Shown here piece by piece: positions 31,558-41,783 of a stretch of DNA of 64,000 bases (the stretch's first letter is position 1; the number at the start of each line of letters is the position of its first letter). A program made the translations under genes and the position numbers. Below the pieces are notes generated by a model, which was not told the DNA's origin, made no database searches, and saw only the letters and a list, made by a program, of their open reading frames with translations. The DNA comes from Armatimonadota bacterium (GTDB taxonomy: Bacteria > Armatimonadota > SYMT01): positions 32,001 to 96,000 of the forward strand of contig JAWLHY010000015.1 in assembly GCA_041690135.1 (NCBI GenBank), read 5' to 3'.

Positions 31558-31778
31558 GTGGGCACGTTCTTCACCCTTCATCCGGGCAAGGGGCGCTCCA
31601 CACCACGCTATGCTTCTGGGCAAAGCCTTCCGCCAGCGTCTGGTAACGCGCCACCAGGGTATCCGCGTAGGGCGCACTATCGGCTGCGAGACGGCGTGCC
31701 CGGCGCAGGCCGCGGGAGAGATACAGGCATCCGGCGCCCGGAGCTGCACCGCAGCCCCGGGCGCCGTTCCATTCCGCC

Positions 31779-34583
31779 TTACTGGCGCCGGTGACGGTTC
31801 GGGCGCACCCGCTCCGGCGTAGTCCGCCGGGCGGGCTCCGCCGCCTTGGGTTCCAACTCCGTCGCGGGCTCACCAGCCGGGGTCACAGCCACCTCACGTA
31901 CCGGCGATGCGGTCGCGGACCGGGATCCCTCCCGCGCCGCCGCCGGGCTCGACCCGGGAGCGGCACGCAGCGCACCGGCATCCCCCGACGGCCCGGCGGC
32001 GCGCTGGGCGAGGAGCACCACGAGCGGGGTAGCCACGAACACCGAGGAGTAGGTGCCCACCGCAGTTCCGAAGAGCAGCGCGATGTTGAACAGGCGCAGC
32101 GTCTCCCCGCCGAAGAACACCATCGCGGCCAGGGCGAGCATGATGGCGACCGACGTGTTCACCGAGCGGTCGAAGCTCTCGGTCATGCTGCGGTCGCTCA
32201 CCTCGGCGAAAGTCTCGCCCTTGCGCCGCCGCCCCAGGTTCTCGCGGATGCGGTCGTAGATGACGATCGTGTCATTCACCGAGAACCCGAGCAGGCCGAG
32301 ACAGGCCGTAAGGAACAGGCTGTCCACGGTCCAGCCGGCCACGATGCCCATCAGCGCGAAGAGACCCACGGTAAGCAACACGTCGTGGAACAGCGCGATC
32401 ACGGCGCCGGCGCCGAACTTCAGCCCGTTCGCGAAGCCGCCGATGGCGAACCGCACCGCCAGGAAGAGCAGCATGGCCAGTGAAGCGACTACGGCCGCGA
32501 AGATCCCGTTCCGCGTCACTTCGGCGGCGATCGACGGGCCGATGGAGCTCACGCGCGACATCGGCTCGATGGTGCCGCCCCCAATGCCGCCGAGGGCTTC
32601 GCGAACCTCCCGGAGCTTGGTCGGCGGAAGCTCCCGCGTGGCGATCTCGGCCACTGGAATGCCCGCGTTCCCCGCGTGCGGTACCGGCTCGGCCTTCACC
32701 GTCAGGCCCGCCAGGTTCAGACCCGCCAGGGCCTCGCGGACCTCGGCTTCGGTGACCGCGGTGGTGTAGGTGGCGGTCGCGGTGAATCCTTTACCGGGCG
32801 TTCCGTCCTGGAACGCCGCCGGATCGAAGCTCTCCAGGCCTTCCGCCTCGCTCAGGCGCTCCCGAATCCGTCCGGCGTTCGGCGCGTCGACTTCCGTCGC
32901 CGACACGGTCACGCGCGTCCACGGCTGGTTGGAGCTCCCCATCCGGACGGTGGCCTCGCGGACCCCCTGCGCTTCCAGGACCCCAACCACCTGCTCGCGG
33001 GTGACGTCGCTGTTGCGGAAGGCGACTTCCACCGTGCTCCCGCCGGTGAAGTCGATGCCCGGCTTGAGACCCATGCCGAAGGGACTCATCGCGATCAGCA
33101 CGAGGGCCAGAATGGCCAGCGTGCCGCTGATCCCCAGGTAGATGCGGCGCTTTTCGAAGATCCGCATGACCCCGCCCTGCCGCCACGCCGGGAAGAACAG
33201 GTTCAGCCAGCTATTGTTGACGGCATAGAGCCGGGGGTTGCTGGCCCAGCCCATCCGGTTCAGCACCTGCAGGAAAGTCCGGGTAACGGTCACCGCGGTG
33301 AACATCGCCACCGCGTTACCGATCGCCAGGGTAATGGCGAAGCCCTTCACCATCGGAGTGCCGAGCCAGACCAGGATCGCGCAGATGATCCAGACGGTGA
33401 CGTTCGAGTCGATAATCGCCGCGAAGGCGCGCCGGAAACCGATCTCGATGGCGGCGCCCACCGATTTCCCGCCGCGGATCTCCTCCTTCATCCGTTCGAA
33501 GATCAGGACGTTGCCGTCCACCGCCATCCCGATGGAGAGGATGAAACCGGTGATGCCCGGCAGGTCCAGCACGATCGGGGGGAAGATCCCCATGCCCTTG
33601 AAGATGGAGAAGGTGAGGGCGGCATAGCCGATGAGCGCCACGCACGCCACCAGGCCCGGCAGCCAGTAGTAGCCGAGCATGAACACCAGCACGATCCCCA
33701 GGCCCGCGAGACCGGCCCGGATGCTCTGCGCAATCGACTCCTGGCCTAGCGTCGCGCCCACCGTCTGCGTCTCGGCCGGGACCATGGGAATCGGCAGGGC
33801 GCCGGAGTTCAACAGGTTGGAGAGCACCCGTGCCTCGGTCATCGTGCGGAAGCCGCCCGAGATCTGCCCCTGGCCGCCCGTGATCGGCTCATTGATCACC
33901 GGCGCGGAAATGATCTCGTCGTCCAGCACGATCGCCAGGATCTCGTCCACGTTCTCCGTGGTGAACTTTCCGAACGCCTGCGCGCCTTCCGGACGCATCT
34001 CGAAAGACACGTACGGCTGGGCCGTGTTCGGGTCGATCTGGGGCTGGGAGGTCGGCTTGAGCGAGTCCCCCTTGAGGATCAGGTCCGAGTTCTTCAGCAC
34101 CTCCTCGGTGGGCACGGTCTGGCCGGTCTCCGTGTTGCGGAAGGTGTACTGGTCCGGCTCACCCTTCTCCGGGTCGCCCGGGATCATGTCCATGCGGTAG
34201 GGGGCGCTGGGGTTCTGGTCCGTCTGCACCTCCCGCAGGTGCCGGAACTCCAACTGGGCCACCGTGACCAGCGTATCGAGGGCCTCCTGGGGCCGCTTCG
34301 CCCCCGGCAGGAGGATGAGGATCTGGTCCTCGCCCTTCAGCCGGACTTCCGTCCCGGAGAGGCCGAAGGAGTTGACCCGGTTCTCCAGCACGCTGCGCAC
34401 GCGCTGCATCGTGTCCGGATCGAGCTGCTTGCCTTCCAGCTTGCTCCGGTCGGGCTCCAGGGTCACGCGCATCCCGCCGCGCAGGTCGAGGCCCTGGGCC
34501 ACGGGAAACTGCGGGGACAGGCTGTACCAGAGGGCGGCGCCGATCAAGGCCAGCACCGCCAGGAATGAGAGTTGTTGTTTCAA
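31779..34583 (-). CDS. secDF: Fused protein translocase subunit SecDF
   Basis: GLDLRGG, IGMAVDGNVLIFER, GIDFTGG, GFSVNDTIVIYDRIRE; TTG 34583 after AGGAG. Confidence 0.95.
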   Translation of the reverse strand: MKQQLSFLAVLALIGAALWYSLSPQFPVAQGLDLRGGMRVTLEPDRSKLEGKQLDPDTMQRVRSVLENRVNSFGLSGTEVRLKGEDQILILLPGAKRPQEALDTLVTVAQLEFRHLREVQTDQNPSAPYRMDMIPGDPEKGEPDQYTFRNTETGQTVPTEEVLKNSDLILKGDSLKPTSQPQIDPNTAQPYVSFEMRPEGAQAFGKFTTENVDEILAIVLDDEIISAPVINEPITGGQGQISGGFRTMTEARVLSNLLNSGALPIPMVPAETQTVGATLGQESIAQSIRAGLAGLGIVLVFMLGYYWLPGLVACVALIGYAALTFSIFKGMGIFPPIVLDLPGITGFILSIGMAVDGNVLIFERMKEEIRGGKSVGAAIEIGFRRAFAAIIDSNVTVWIICAILVWLGTPMVKGFAITLAIGNAVAMFTAVTVTRTFLQVLNRMGWASNPRLYAVNNSWLNLFFPAWRQGGVMRIFEKRRIYLGISGTLAILALVLIAMSPFGMGLKPGIDFTGGSTVEVAFRNSDVTREQVVGVLEAQGVREATVRMGSSNQPWTRVTVSATEVDAPNAGRIRERLSEAEGLESFDPAAFQDGTPGKGFTATATYTTAVTEAEVREALAGLNLAGLTVKAEPVPHAGNAGIPVAEIATRELPPTKLREVREALGGIGGGTIEPMSRVSSIGPSIAAEVTRNGIFAAVVASLAMLLFLAVRFAIGGFANGLKFGAGAVIALFHDVLLTVGLFALMGIVAGWTVDSLFLTACLGLLGFSVNDTIVIYDRIRENLGRRRKGETFAEVSDRSMTESFDRSVNTSVAIMLALAAMVFFGGETLRLFNIALLFGTAVGTYSSVFVATPLVVLLAQRAAGPSGDAGALRAAPGSSPAAAREGSRSATASPVREVAVTPAGEPATELEPKAAEPARRTTPERVRPNRHRRQ

Positions 34584-34804
34584 AAAAGGATCTCCTGAGA
34601 ATGACTGCGACCGGGCGTGAGAGCCCGCACGACACAAATTGCCATGCGCAACCCAACGCACGCCAACGGTCCGGCGCCCTAACGGGGCGCGGCGGCAGCC
34701 AGCCTGACCCGAGCGCTCGAAGGCTCCACGACCCGCGATGAAAAAACCCCTTTGGGGTGGGCAGGGCGATGCTCTACAGGCCGGTTAGCTGCTTGCTGCG
34801 GGAA

Positions 34805-35161
34805 TCAGGAGATTGCGGGAGGGCCGCGGGGAGAGGCGGAGGCGCCTCGCTCGCGCACCCGCGCGGCCACCCAGGTTGGGAGACCTTCCAGGCGCGCGCC
34901 GGAGAAGACCAGGGGGGAAATGCCGGACGCCAGGAACGGAGAGTCCCCTCCCAGGTGGGAGAAGAGCTTCCGATTCGCGGAACGGATCAGCGTTTCAAGC
35001 GGAAAAGGCCGCCCCGGTCGAGCGCCCGCCACCCCACGAGAAGTGGAATGGATCTGCGGCCCGTCGGGTGGGGCCGCGGCCAACTCCGGGGTACGCGCCG
35101 CCAGGCCCGTTCCGAGGAACGGGAACAGAAACAGCAGCAGGGTCCAGAGAAAGCGCGGCAT
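34805..35161 (-). CDS. Putative secretion-monitor leader (arrest peptide) with C-terminal RGPP
   Basis: Signal peptide MPRFLWTLLLFLFPFLGTGLAA; ends ASPRGPPAIS*; same strand as and immediately upstream of secDF. Confidence 0.78.
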   Translation of the reverse strand: MPRFLWTLLLFLFPFLGTGLAARTPELAAAPPDGPQIHSTSRGVAGARPGRPFPLETLIRSANRKLFSHLGGDSPFLASGISPLVFSGARLEGLPTWVAARVRERGASASPRGPPAIS

Positions 35162-35313
35162 TTCTAGCGGAGTATACCACTCCCACCGCGAAATGTGAGG
35201 AGGGGACCTTCGGTTGGATTGGGAAGGGAGGTTGCGTGTAGGTCGCAACTCCTGATGGGTAAAAAGTGGGGATTGGGTTCAACCCGACGCCGCACCCGGA
35301 AAAGCGAACGACC

Positions 35314-38175
35314 TTGCGTACTGAAGCAATAGACGCGGCAGAGCGAATCAGAACCCGCTCACCGGAAATCCTGCGCTTGTGGGAGGAGCAGGTACGGCAA
35401 GAGGTGCCCGCGGCGAAGGAGAGGGAGCGGCCGGCGCTTCTCGATCACCTCCCGCACCTTCTGGGTTCGATTGCGGACGAACTCGCTTCTTCCACGGATC
35501 CCGACGCCACTTGTAAGGGGCAACCCTTCTGCCGGATCCATGGAGAGCAGCGAGCTCACCTGCCGAATTACCAGGTGGAGCAGGTGCTTCATGAGTATCG
35601 GGTGCTCCGGCGCGTCTTATTCCAGGTCCTCGAAGGGTACGGCGCCCTCATGCCAACCATCCGTGACTTTTTGCTGGAGGCGTTAGATCGGGCCAAAGAG
35701 GACTGCGCCCAGGAGTTCATCCGCACCAAGACCGAGCAACTCGAGCAGAGCGAAACGCATTACCGTACCCTGGTGGAGAACGTCCACGATTACGCGATCT
35801 TCAGCCTCGACTCCGAGGGCCGGATCGTTACCTGGAATCCCGGCGCCGAACGGATTACCGGTTACGCGCCGAAAGAGATCCTGGGGAAGAAGGGCGCCAT
35901 CCTGTTCACGCCGGAGGATCGGGAGCGGGGGGCGCCCGAGGCCGAACTACAGACGGCCCGCCAGAACGGCAAGGCGCTGGATGAGCGCTGGCATCAGCGG
36001 AAAGACGGCTCGCGGTTTTTCGCTTCCGGGGTCGTCACGCCCATCGCTTCCCGGGCCGAAGGCGGGTTCGTGAAGGTGATGCGCGACATCACCGATCGGA
36101 AGCGGGCGGAACAGCGTCGGACTATCCGGTTCCAGATCTCGCGCACCCTGGGGGAAGCCCGCACCCTGGAGGAGGCCGCGCCCCGGATCTTGGAGGCGAT
36201 CAGCCGGAGTACCGGCTGGGGCTACAGCGTCCTCTGGATGGAGGACGCTGTAGCCGAAGTATTGCGTCCGGTCGCCCGTTACACCGCCCCGGGCGCGGAA
36301 TATCCTCGCTTCGATCAGGTCACGCAAAACCGGGCTTTGCGCGCGGGGGAAGGGCTGGCGGGGACGGTATGGGCTTCCGGAAAGCCGCTGTGGCTGCCGG
36401 ATGTGCTGGAGGCGGAGAACTTCCCCCGCCTTGCGGTCGCCCGTGAGGAAGGCCTGCACGCCGCAGTGGGCCTCCCGGTCCTGATGGGAGAGCGGTCCGT
36501 AGGGGTCCTGGAGTTCTTCTGCCACCGCATCCGCGAACCGGACGAGGAACTCCTGGACCTGCTCGGCACCCTCGGTTGCCAGTTGGGCCAGTTTCTGGAG
36601 CGCCGGCGGACCGAGGCGGCCCTGGCGGAATCGGAAGCGCGGAAATCCGCTATTCTGGAAGCCGCGCTGGACGCGATCATCACCATCGACGGCGAGGACC
36701 GGATCGTGGAGTTCAACCCCGCCGCCGAGAGGATCTTCGGCTACTCCCGGTCGGAAATGATCGGGGAACGGATGGGGGACCGAATTGTGCCTTCCCGGCT
36801 GCGAGAGGCGCAGCTTCAAGGAATGGCGCGCTACCTGGAAACCGGTGTGGGGCCCGGGCTGGAGAAGCGGCTGGAGCTTCCCGCCATGCGTAAGGATGGG
36901 ACCGAGTTCCCCGCGGAAATCGGGATCGTACGGACCCGAACGGAGGGCTCGCCACTCTTCACCGCTTACCTGCGCGATATTACGGAACGGAAACAACTGG
37001 AGGAATCGTTGCTGCTTCGCACGGAGCAGCTGCTGGAGGCGGACCGCCGCAAGGACGAATTCCTCGCCACCCTCGCCCACGAACTCCGCAACCCACTGGC
37101 GCCGATCCGCACCGCCACGGCGGTCATGCGGCTCCGGGGAGGGGATGAGCCCGTCCTCCAGCGGGCCCGGGAAACCGTGGAGCGGCAGGTGGCACAGATG
37201 AGCCGTCTCATCGAGGACCTCATGGACGTTGCCCGCATCACCCGGGGCCAGATCGAGCTTCGCAAGGAGGTAGTCGATCTCTCCACCGTGGTGAGCCACG
37301 CGGTCCAGACGGCGCGGCCGTTGACCGACGCACGCGAGCAGCACCTGTCCGTCTCCGTGCCCCTGGAACCGGTCCGCCTGGAAGGGGACCCGACCCGGCT
37401 GGAGCAGGTGATCACCAACCTGCTGACCAACGCCTCCAAGTTCACCCCGCCCCGCGGGCAAATCTGGGTGACCGCGGAATGCGAGCGAGGCCAGGCCGTG
37501 ATCCGGGTGCGGGACACGGGTAAAGGCATCCCCCCGGAGATGCTGCCGCGAATCTGGGACCTCTTCGCCCAGGTGAACCCGTCCATCGACCGGGCGGAAG
37601 GGGGATTGGGCCTCGGTTTGACCCTCGTCCGGACCTTGACCGCTATGCACGGAGGCACCGTGGAGGCCCACAGCGCCGGCCCTGGGCAGGGCAGCGAGTT
37701 CGTCATCCGCCTCCCCTCGCTTCTGCCTCGCGTCGCCGCGACCACTCCCCAGGCCGAGGTGGACCACGATTCCGGAAACCGTAGCCTGCGGGTCCTCATC
37801 GTCGACGACAATGTGGATGCCGCCGATACGCTGGCGGATTTGATCCAACTCTGGGGCCATGGAGTGCGCATCGCTCACGACGGTCCCACCGCGCTAGAGC
37901 GCGCTCCGGAGTTCCGACCGGAGGTCGTTCTGCTCGATATCGGCCTCCCCGGGATGGACGGGTTCGAGGTGGCGCGCAGGCTACGCGAGATGCCGGAGCT
38001 ACGCGGAAGCCTTCTGGTGGCGATCACCGGATTTGGCCAGCCGGAAGACCGGCGGCGGACGGAACAAGCCGGCTTCGCGCGTCACCTCGTCAAACCGATG
38101 AACCCGCAAGAACTGCAGTCCCTGCTCGCGGACTTTGCTCGCGGGCAGTCCGCGGGAGAGACGGGCCAGTCCTAA
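35314..38175 (+). CDS. Hybrid histidine kinase (RsbRD_N-like, PAS, GAF, PAS, HisKA, HATPase, REC)
   Basis: LLDHLP...HGEQR...EYRVLR N-terminus; LAHELRNPL; LDIGLPGMDG; start uncertain (35266 or 35314). Confidence 0.9.
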   Translation: MRTEAIDAAERIRTRSPEILRLWEEQVRQEVPAAKERERPALLDHLPHLLGSIADELASSTDPDATCKGQPFCRIHGEQRAHLPNYQVEQVLHEYRVLRRVLFQVLEGYGALMPTIRDFLLEALDRAKEDCAQEFIRTKTEQLEQSETHYRTLVENVHDYAIFSLDSEGRIVTWNPGAERITGYAPKEILGKKGAILFTPEDRERGAPEAELQTARQNGKALDERWHQRKDGSRFFASGVVTPIASRAEGGFVKVMRDITDRKRAEQRRTIRFQISRTLGEARTLEEAAPRILEAISRSTGWGYSVLWMEDAVAEVLRPVARYTAPGAEYPRFDQVTQNRALRAGEGLAGTVWASGKPLWLPDVLEAENFPRLAVAREEGLHAAVGLPVLMGERSVGVLEFFCHRIREPDEELLDLLGTLGCQLGQFLERRRTEAALAESEARKSAILEAALDAIITIDGEDRIVEFNPAAERIFGYSRSEMIGERMGDRIVPSRLREAQLQGMARYLETGVGPGLEKRLELPAMRKDGTEFPAEIGIVRTRTEGSPLFTAYLRDITERKQLEESLLLRTEQLLEADRRKDEFLATLAHELRNPLAPIRTATAVMRLRGGDEPVLQRARETVERQVAQMSRLIEDLMDVARITRGQIELRKEVVDLSTVVSHAVQTARPLTDAREQHLSVSVPLEPVRLEGDPTRLEQVITNLLTNASKFTPPRGQIWVTAECERGQAVIRVRDTGKGIPPEMLPRIWDLFAQVNPSIDRAEGGLGLGLTLVRTLTAMHGGTVEAHSAGPGQGSEFVIRLPSLLPRVAATTPQAEVDHDSGNRSLRVLIVDDNVDAADTLADLIQLWGHGVRIAHDGPTALERAPEFRPEVVLLDIGLPGMDGFEVARRLREMPELRGSLLVAITGFGQPEDRRRTEQAGFARHLVKPMNPQELQSLLADFARGQSAGETGQS

Positions 38176-38409
38176 TCCCGCCAGTGCCGGAGAGTCTCTT
38201 CATTCTCCCGCGAGCTGCCCTGTCCCACGGGCTGCACTGCCGTTTTCCGAAACCCGTTCCATCTGCCGCCCGGGTTTCGGAGAACCCGGTACCGGGCGCC
38301 GGGCCGGTTGCACCTAGGAGACCTTAGGGTTTCAAGAGGACGGCTTTCGGAAACCACCGCTCTGGTTGCCCGCCACGGGGCAGATCATGAGCCAGGTAGG
38401 CCACACGTC

Positions 38410-40632
38410 ATGCGGAAGAAGCCCTCACAGCGCACTCCCTCGACCGGTACCCCGGAGGCCGACGTTCCGGAGAAGAACTCCGCGCCCAAGCCGCAGAACC
38501 TGGGGCGGTTTCTCTCTTACGCGCGCCCCTACCGGTGGCTGATGCTGCTGGTGGTGATCCTCGGAGTGGTGCGGTACGGCCTGCAGTTCGTCACCCCGTG
38601 GGGCATCGGCGTGCTCCTGGACGGCGCACTCCGGAACGTGGAGCCGCTCACCGCCGCCGGTCGCGCGGCCCGGGTGCAGCAGGTCCACGGCATTGCGCTC
38701 ATCCTCACCCTGGCGCTGGTAGCGCGCTGTTTCGCTCAATACGCCGAGTCGATCCTCACCAGCCGGCTCGGCAACCGGATCGTGTTCGACCTCCGCCGCC
38801 GCCTGTACGTGCACATCCACCGGATGTCGCAGAGCTTTTTCGACCGGCACCAGGTCGGCAGCATCGGCTCGCGGGTGTTGAACGACATCAGCGTGGCGCA
38901 GAACCTCATCGGCAGTGGCGTGGTGTCGGTGGTCATCGACGCCATTGCCCTCGTTTTCACGCTGGCAGTGCTGTTCCATCTGGAGTGGCGGCTCACCCTG
39001 GCCGCCTCGGTGATCATGCCGGCGTATGTGTTCTCGCTGCGGCGGTTCAATCCTCGCATTCGCGCCCTGAGCCAGGAGATCCAGGATCGTTTCTCCGAAA
39101 TCTCCGGCACGGTGTACGAGACCCTGGCCGGAATGCAGGTGGTCCAGGCCTTCACCCGCGAGCGGGCCAGCGAGCGGCAGTTCGTCCACGAGACTCGCGG
39201 CCACTATGAGCGGCAGCTGTCCCGGACCCGGCTCAACGCCCGGCTGAACTTCTCGACCGTGTTCCTGACCGGCTTCGGCACCATCCTTCTGCTCGGGTAC
39301 GGGGGGCAACTGGTCATCGGCGGAGACCTGACCCCCGGCATGCTGGTGCAGTTCTACTCCTACGTCGCCTACCTCTACGGCCCGCTCTCGCGGTTCGCCG
39401 AACTGAACCAGGTGTATCAGAACTCGATGGGGGCCGTGGACCGGGTTTTCGAGATCCTGGACACGCCGTCCGAAGTTACGGACAGCGCCACTCCGCCGGC
39501 GGAGACGCGCTTCCTGGGCCGGGTCCGCTTCGAGGACGTCCGGTTCGGCTACGATCCGGAGCGGCCTGTGCTCCAGGGAGTCAGTCTCGACGTGGCGCCG
39601 GGCGAGATGATCGCCTTCGTGGGTCCCAGCGGCTCCGGCAAGACGACCGTGACCCGGCTCCTGCTCCGCTTCTACGACGTGACGGGCGGCGCCATCCGCT
39701 TCGACGGGCGGGACCTCCGGGAGATCCCGCTCCACGAGTTGCGGAAGCACGTGGGGGTGGTCCTGCAGGAGCCGGTCCTGTTCACCGGTTCCGTGCGGCA
39801 CAACATCCTGCTTGGCCGCCCCTCCGCCACCGAGGAAGAGGTCATCGCGGCGGCGAAGGCGGCGAACGCGCACGATTTCGTAATGGAGCTGCCGGAGGGC
39901 TACGACACCCGGGTGGGGGAGCGGGGCGCGCACCTCTCCGGCGGCCAGCGGCAGCGGATCAGCATCGCCCGCGCCCTGCTCAAGGACCCGCGCATCCTCA
40001 TCCTGGACGAAGCGACCTCCTCCCTGGACTCGGAGTCGGAGCGTCTGATCCAGGAAGCGCTGGAGCGCCTGATGCACGGCCGCACCAGCTTCGTGATCGC
40101 CCACCGGCTGAGCACCATCGTGAATGCCGACCGGATCTTCGTGCTGGATCGCGGCCGGGTGGTGGAGCAGGGGACCCACGAAGAACTGCTGCTGCGGAAC
40201 GGCCTCTACGCGGAGCTCTGCGCGAAACAGTTCATCGGACTTGAACCCGGCTTTGATGCCGCCGCCCCGGCTGATTCCGGAGCGGCCGAGGCAAAGGACC
40301 GAACCCAAGACCGGGCCGAAGAAATGATCCGGCGCGACTTCCCCCGCGGGCCGGACGACTTGCCGGTAAGCCTGGTTTCCGCGGAGCAACTGGCCGAACT
40401 CCGCTTCTTCCGCGTATGCCTCGACCGGTGCTCCCCCGCGGCTGGCCGCCGGGTGCGGGAACTGGCGCTGCCGGAAGAGTGCATCCTGGTGAGTGTCCGC
40501 CGGGAAGAGCGGTCGATCATCCCCCGCGGCGAGACCCTGCTCCAACCCGGCGACTCGGTGATCGCCCTGGGCCGCCCGGAATGCATGGCGGCCCTGCGGG
40601 GGTGCGTGGCGGAGGCGGTGGTGCCCTGCTGA
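38410..40632 (+). CDS. ABC exporter (TMD plus NBD) with C-terminal TrkA-C (RCK_C) domain
   Basis: Walker A GPSGSGKT, LSGGQRQR, ILDEATS; tail SPAAGRRVRELALPEECILVSVRRE..IIPRGET.LQPGD.V. Confidence 0.9.
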   Translation: MRKKPSQRTPSTGTPEADVPEKNSAPKPQNLGRFLSYARPYRWLMLLVVILGVVRYGLQFVTPWGIGVLLDGALRNVEPLTAAGRAARVQQVHGIALILTLALVARCFAQYAESILTSRLGNRIVFDLRRRLYVHIHRMSQSFFDRHQVGSIGSRVLNDISVAQNLIGSGVVSVVIDAIALVFTLAVLFHLEWRLTLAASVIMPAYVFSLRRFNPRIRALSQEIQDRFSEISGTVYETLAGMQVVQAFTRERASERQFVHETRGHYERQLSRTRLNARLNFSTVFLTGFGTILLLGYGGQLVIGGDLTPGMLVQFYSYVAYLYGPLSRFAELNQVYQNSMGAVDRVFEILDTPSEVTDSATPPAETRFLGRVRFEDVRFGYDPERPVLQGVSLDVAPGEMIAFVGPSGSGKTTVTRLLLRFYDVTGGAIRFDGRDLREIPLHELRKHVGVVLQEPVLFTGSVRHNILLGRPSATEEEVIAAAKAANAHDFVMELPEGYDTRVGERGAHLSGGQRQRISIARALLKDPRILILDEATSSLDSESERLIQEALERLMHGRTSFVIAHRLSTIVNADRIFVLDRGRVVEQGTHEELLLRNGLYAELCAKQFIGLEPGFDAAAPADSGAAEAKDRTQDRAEEMIRRDFPRGPDDLPVSLVSAEQLAELRFFRVCLDRCSPAAGRRVRELALPEECILVSVRREERSIIPRGETLLQPGDSVIALGRPECMAALRGCVAEAVVPC

Positions 40633-40679
40633 TCAATGCGCCCCGGGCACGCGCCGCCCCGCGCACGCGCCGCCCCGCG

Positions 40680-40902
40680 CCCCGCACCGCCCCTGAACGG
40701 GCGGCCTCCGGAAATGCACGCTGCCCACACCCCCACGGGGCGTAAACCTCCGTGGGCGCTCGTCTCGTGATCAAGACTGCGGTGGAGAACCCCCGTTCAG
40801 CGTGGGAAACTCATCCTGGCCTTGCGTTTGGGATGCGCGTTGGTATGCCCGCGGAGGCGGGCAATGTGTCGTACTGGAGCGCAGGGGTTTAGCCCTGCGC
40901 AA
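40680..40902 (+). repeat. Multi-hairpin REP/BIME-like repeat family B, copy 1
   Basis: Aligns by eye with 46918-47120; hairpins CCGCCC-GGGCGG and GCGCAGGG-CCCTGCGC. Confidence 0.85.
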
Positions 40903-41036
40903 AGCCGGCCCTTGCCCCCTCAAGAGGCGTTCCAGTGGGAACCGGGTGCGACCATCCCGGGTCTTTACCTGCATCAAAGATTTGGAGAGGTCCGGATCGT
41001 CGAAGAGGCCGCCGGGCCGGAGGGGAAGGGAAGCAG

Positions 41037-41564
41037 ATGTTGTTTCGACGCAAATTCGGGAAGGCCGCCCTGGCGCTGGGGCTGACGGCGATCGCCGGGC
41101 TCGGGCTTTGCAGCGGTCCGGAGGCGGCGGCCGACCCGCCGCGCGGGCGCGGCGAGTACCGGGGCGAGGGCCGCGAGCGGGACAAGGAACGCGAGAAGCA
41201 CTGGAAAGAGCGTGAGAAGCGCGAAGCCGAGTACGCGCGGGAAAGGGATAAGCGCGAGGCCGAGTACCTCCGGGAAAGCGACAAGCGCCGCGCGGAACGG
41301 GAGCGCGAGCGAGACAAGCGCGAGTCGGAACGGGAGCGAGAGTGGTACCAGCGCGAGCGAGAACGAGACCGGGACCGCTACGACCGGGATGACGACGACC
41401 GCCGCCGGTATCCGCGCCGCTACGACCATGAGCGCCCACGGGTGACGATCCGCAATGCCGACCTGGACCGCGACGGCATACCGAACGTCCGGGACCGCGA
41501 CATCGACGGGGATGGCGTGCCCAACCCGCGCGACCGCTACCCCGCCGACCACCGCCGGCGCTAA
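41037..41564 (+). CDS. Secreted charged low-complexity protein with DxDxDG (thrombospondin type 3-like) motifs
   Basis: Signal peptide; EREKREAEY-type repeats; DLDRDGIPNVRDRDIDGDGVPNPRD. Confidence 0.75.
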   Translation: MLFRRKFGKAALALGLTAIAGLGLCSGPEAAADPPRGRGEYRGEGRERDKEREKHWKEREKREAEYARERDKREAEYLRESDKRRAERERERDKRESEREREWYQRERERDRDRYDRDDDDRRRYPRRYDHERPRVTIRNADLDRDGIPNVRDRDIDGDGVPNPRDRYPADHRRR

Positions 41565-41588
41565 ATACCGCTGGTCGGACAGTTCCAT

Positions 41589-41640
41589 GGTGCCGGGCGA
41601 TGGCCGCTCCCGCTGATGGGAGCGGCCATCGCCCGGCACC
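41589..41640. terminator. 23-bp perfect stem hairpin downstream of the secreted protein gene
   Basis: GGTGCCGGGCGATGGCCGCTCCC-gctgat-GGGAGCGGCCATCGCCCGGCACC; no U-tract. Confidence 0.5.
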
Positions 41641-41783
41641 GATGCATTGCGGGAGGGGTAAGACTGGAAGCAAGCGTTCACGAGCCGAGAACGTGTTTAG
41701 ACCAGCGGCTGGCGGGGTAAATATAGCGGATTTTCGCCCCCATTCGGCCTGACCGCCACACGCTCCGGGATACGCCCTTGCAG

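Noticed and set aside
35947-40545. Long antisense ORFs (643 aa, 706 aa and similar ones elsewhere)
   Set aside because: They are shadow frames of GC-rich genes and carry no recognisable motifs.
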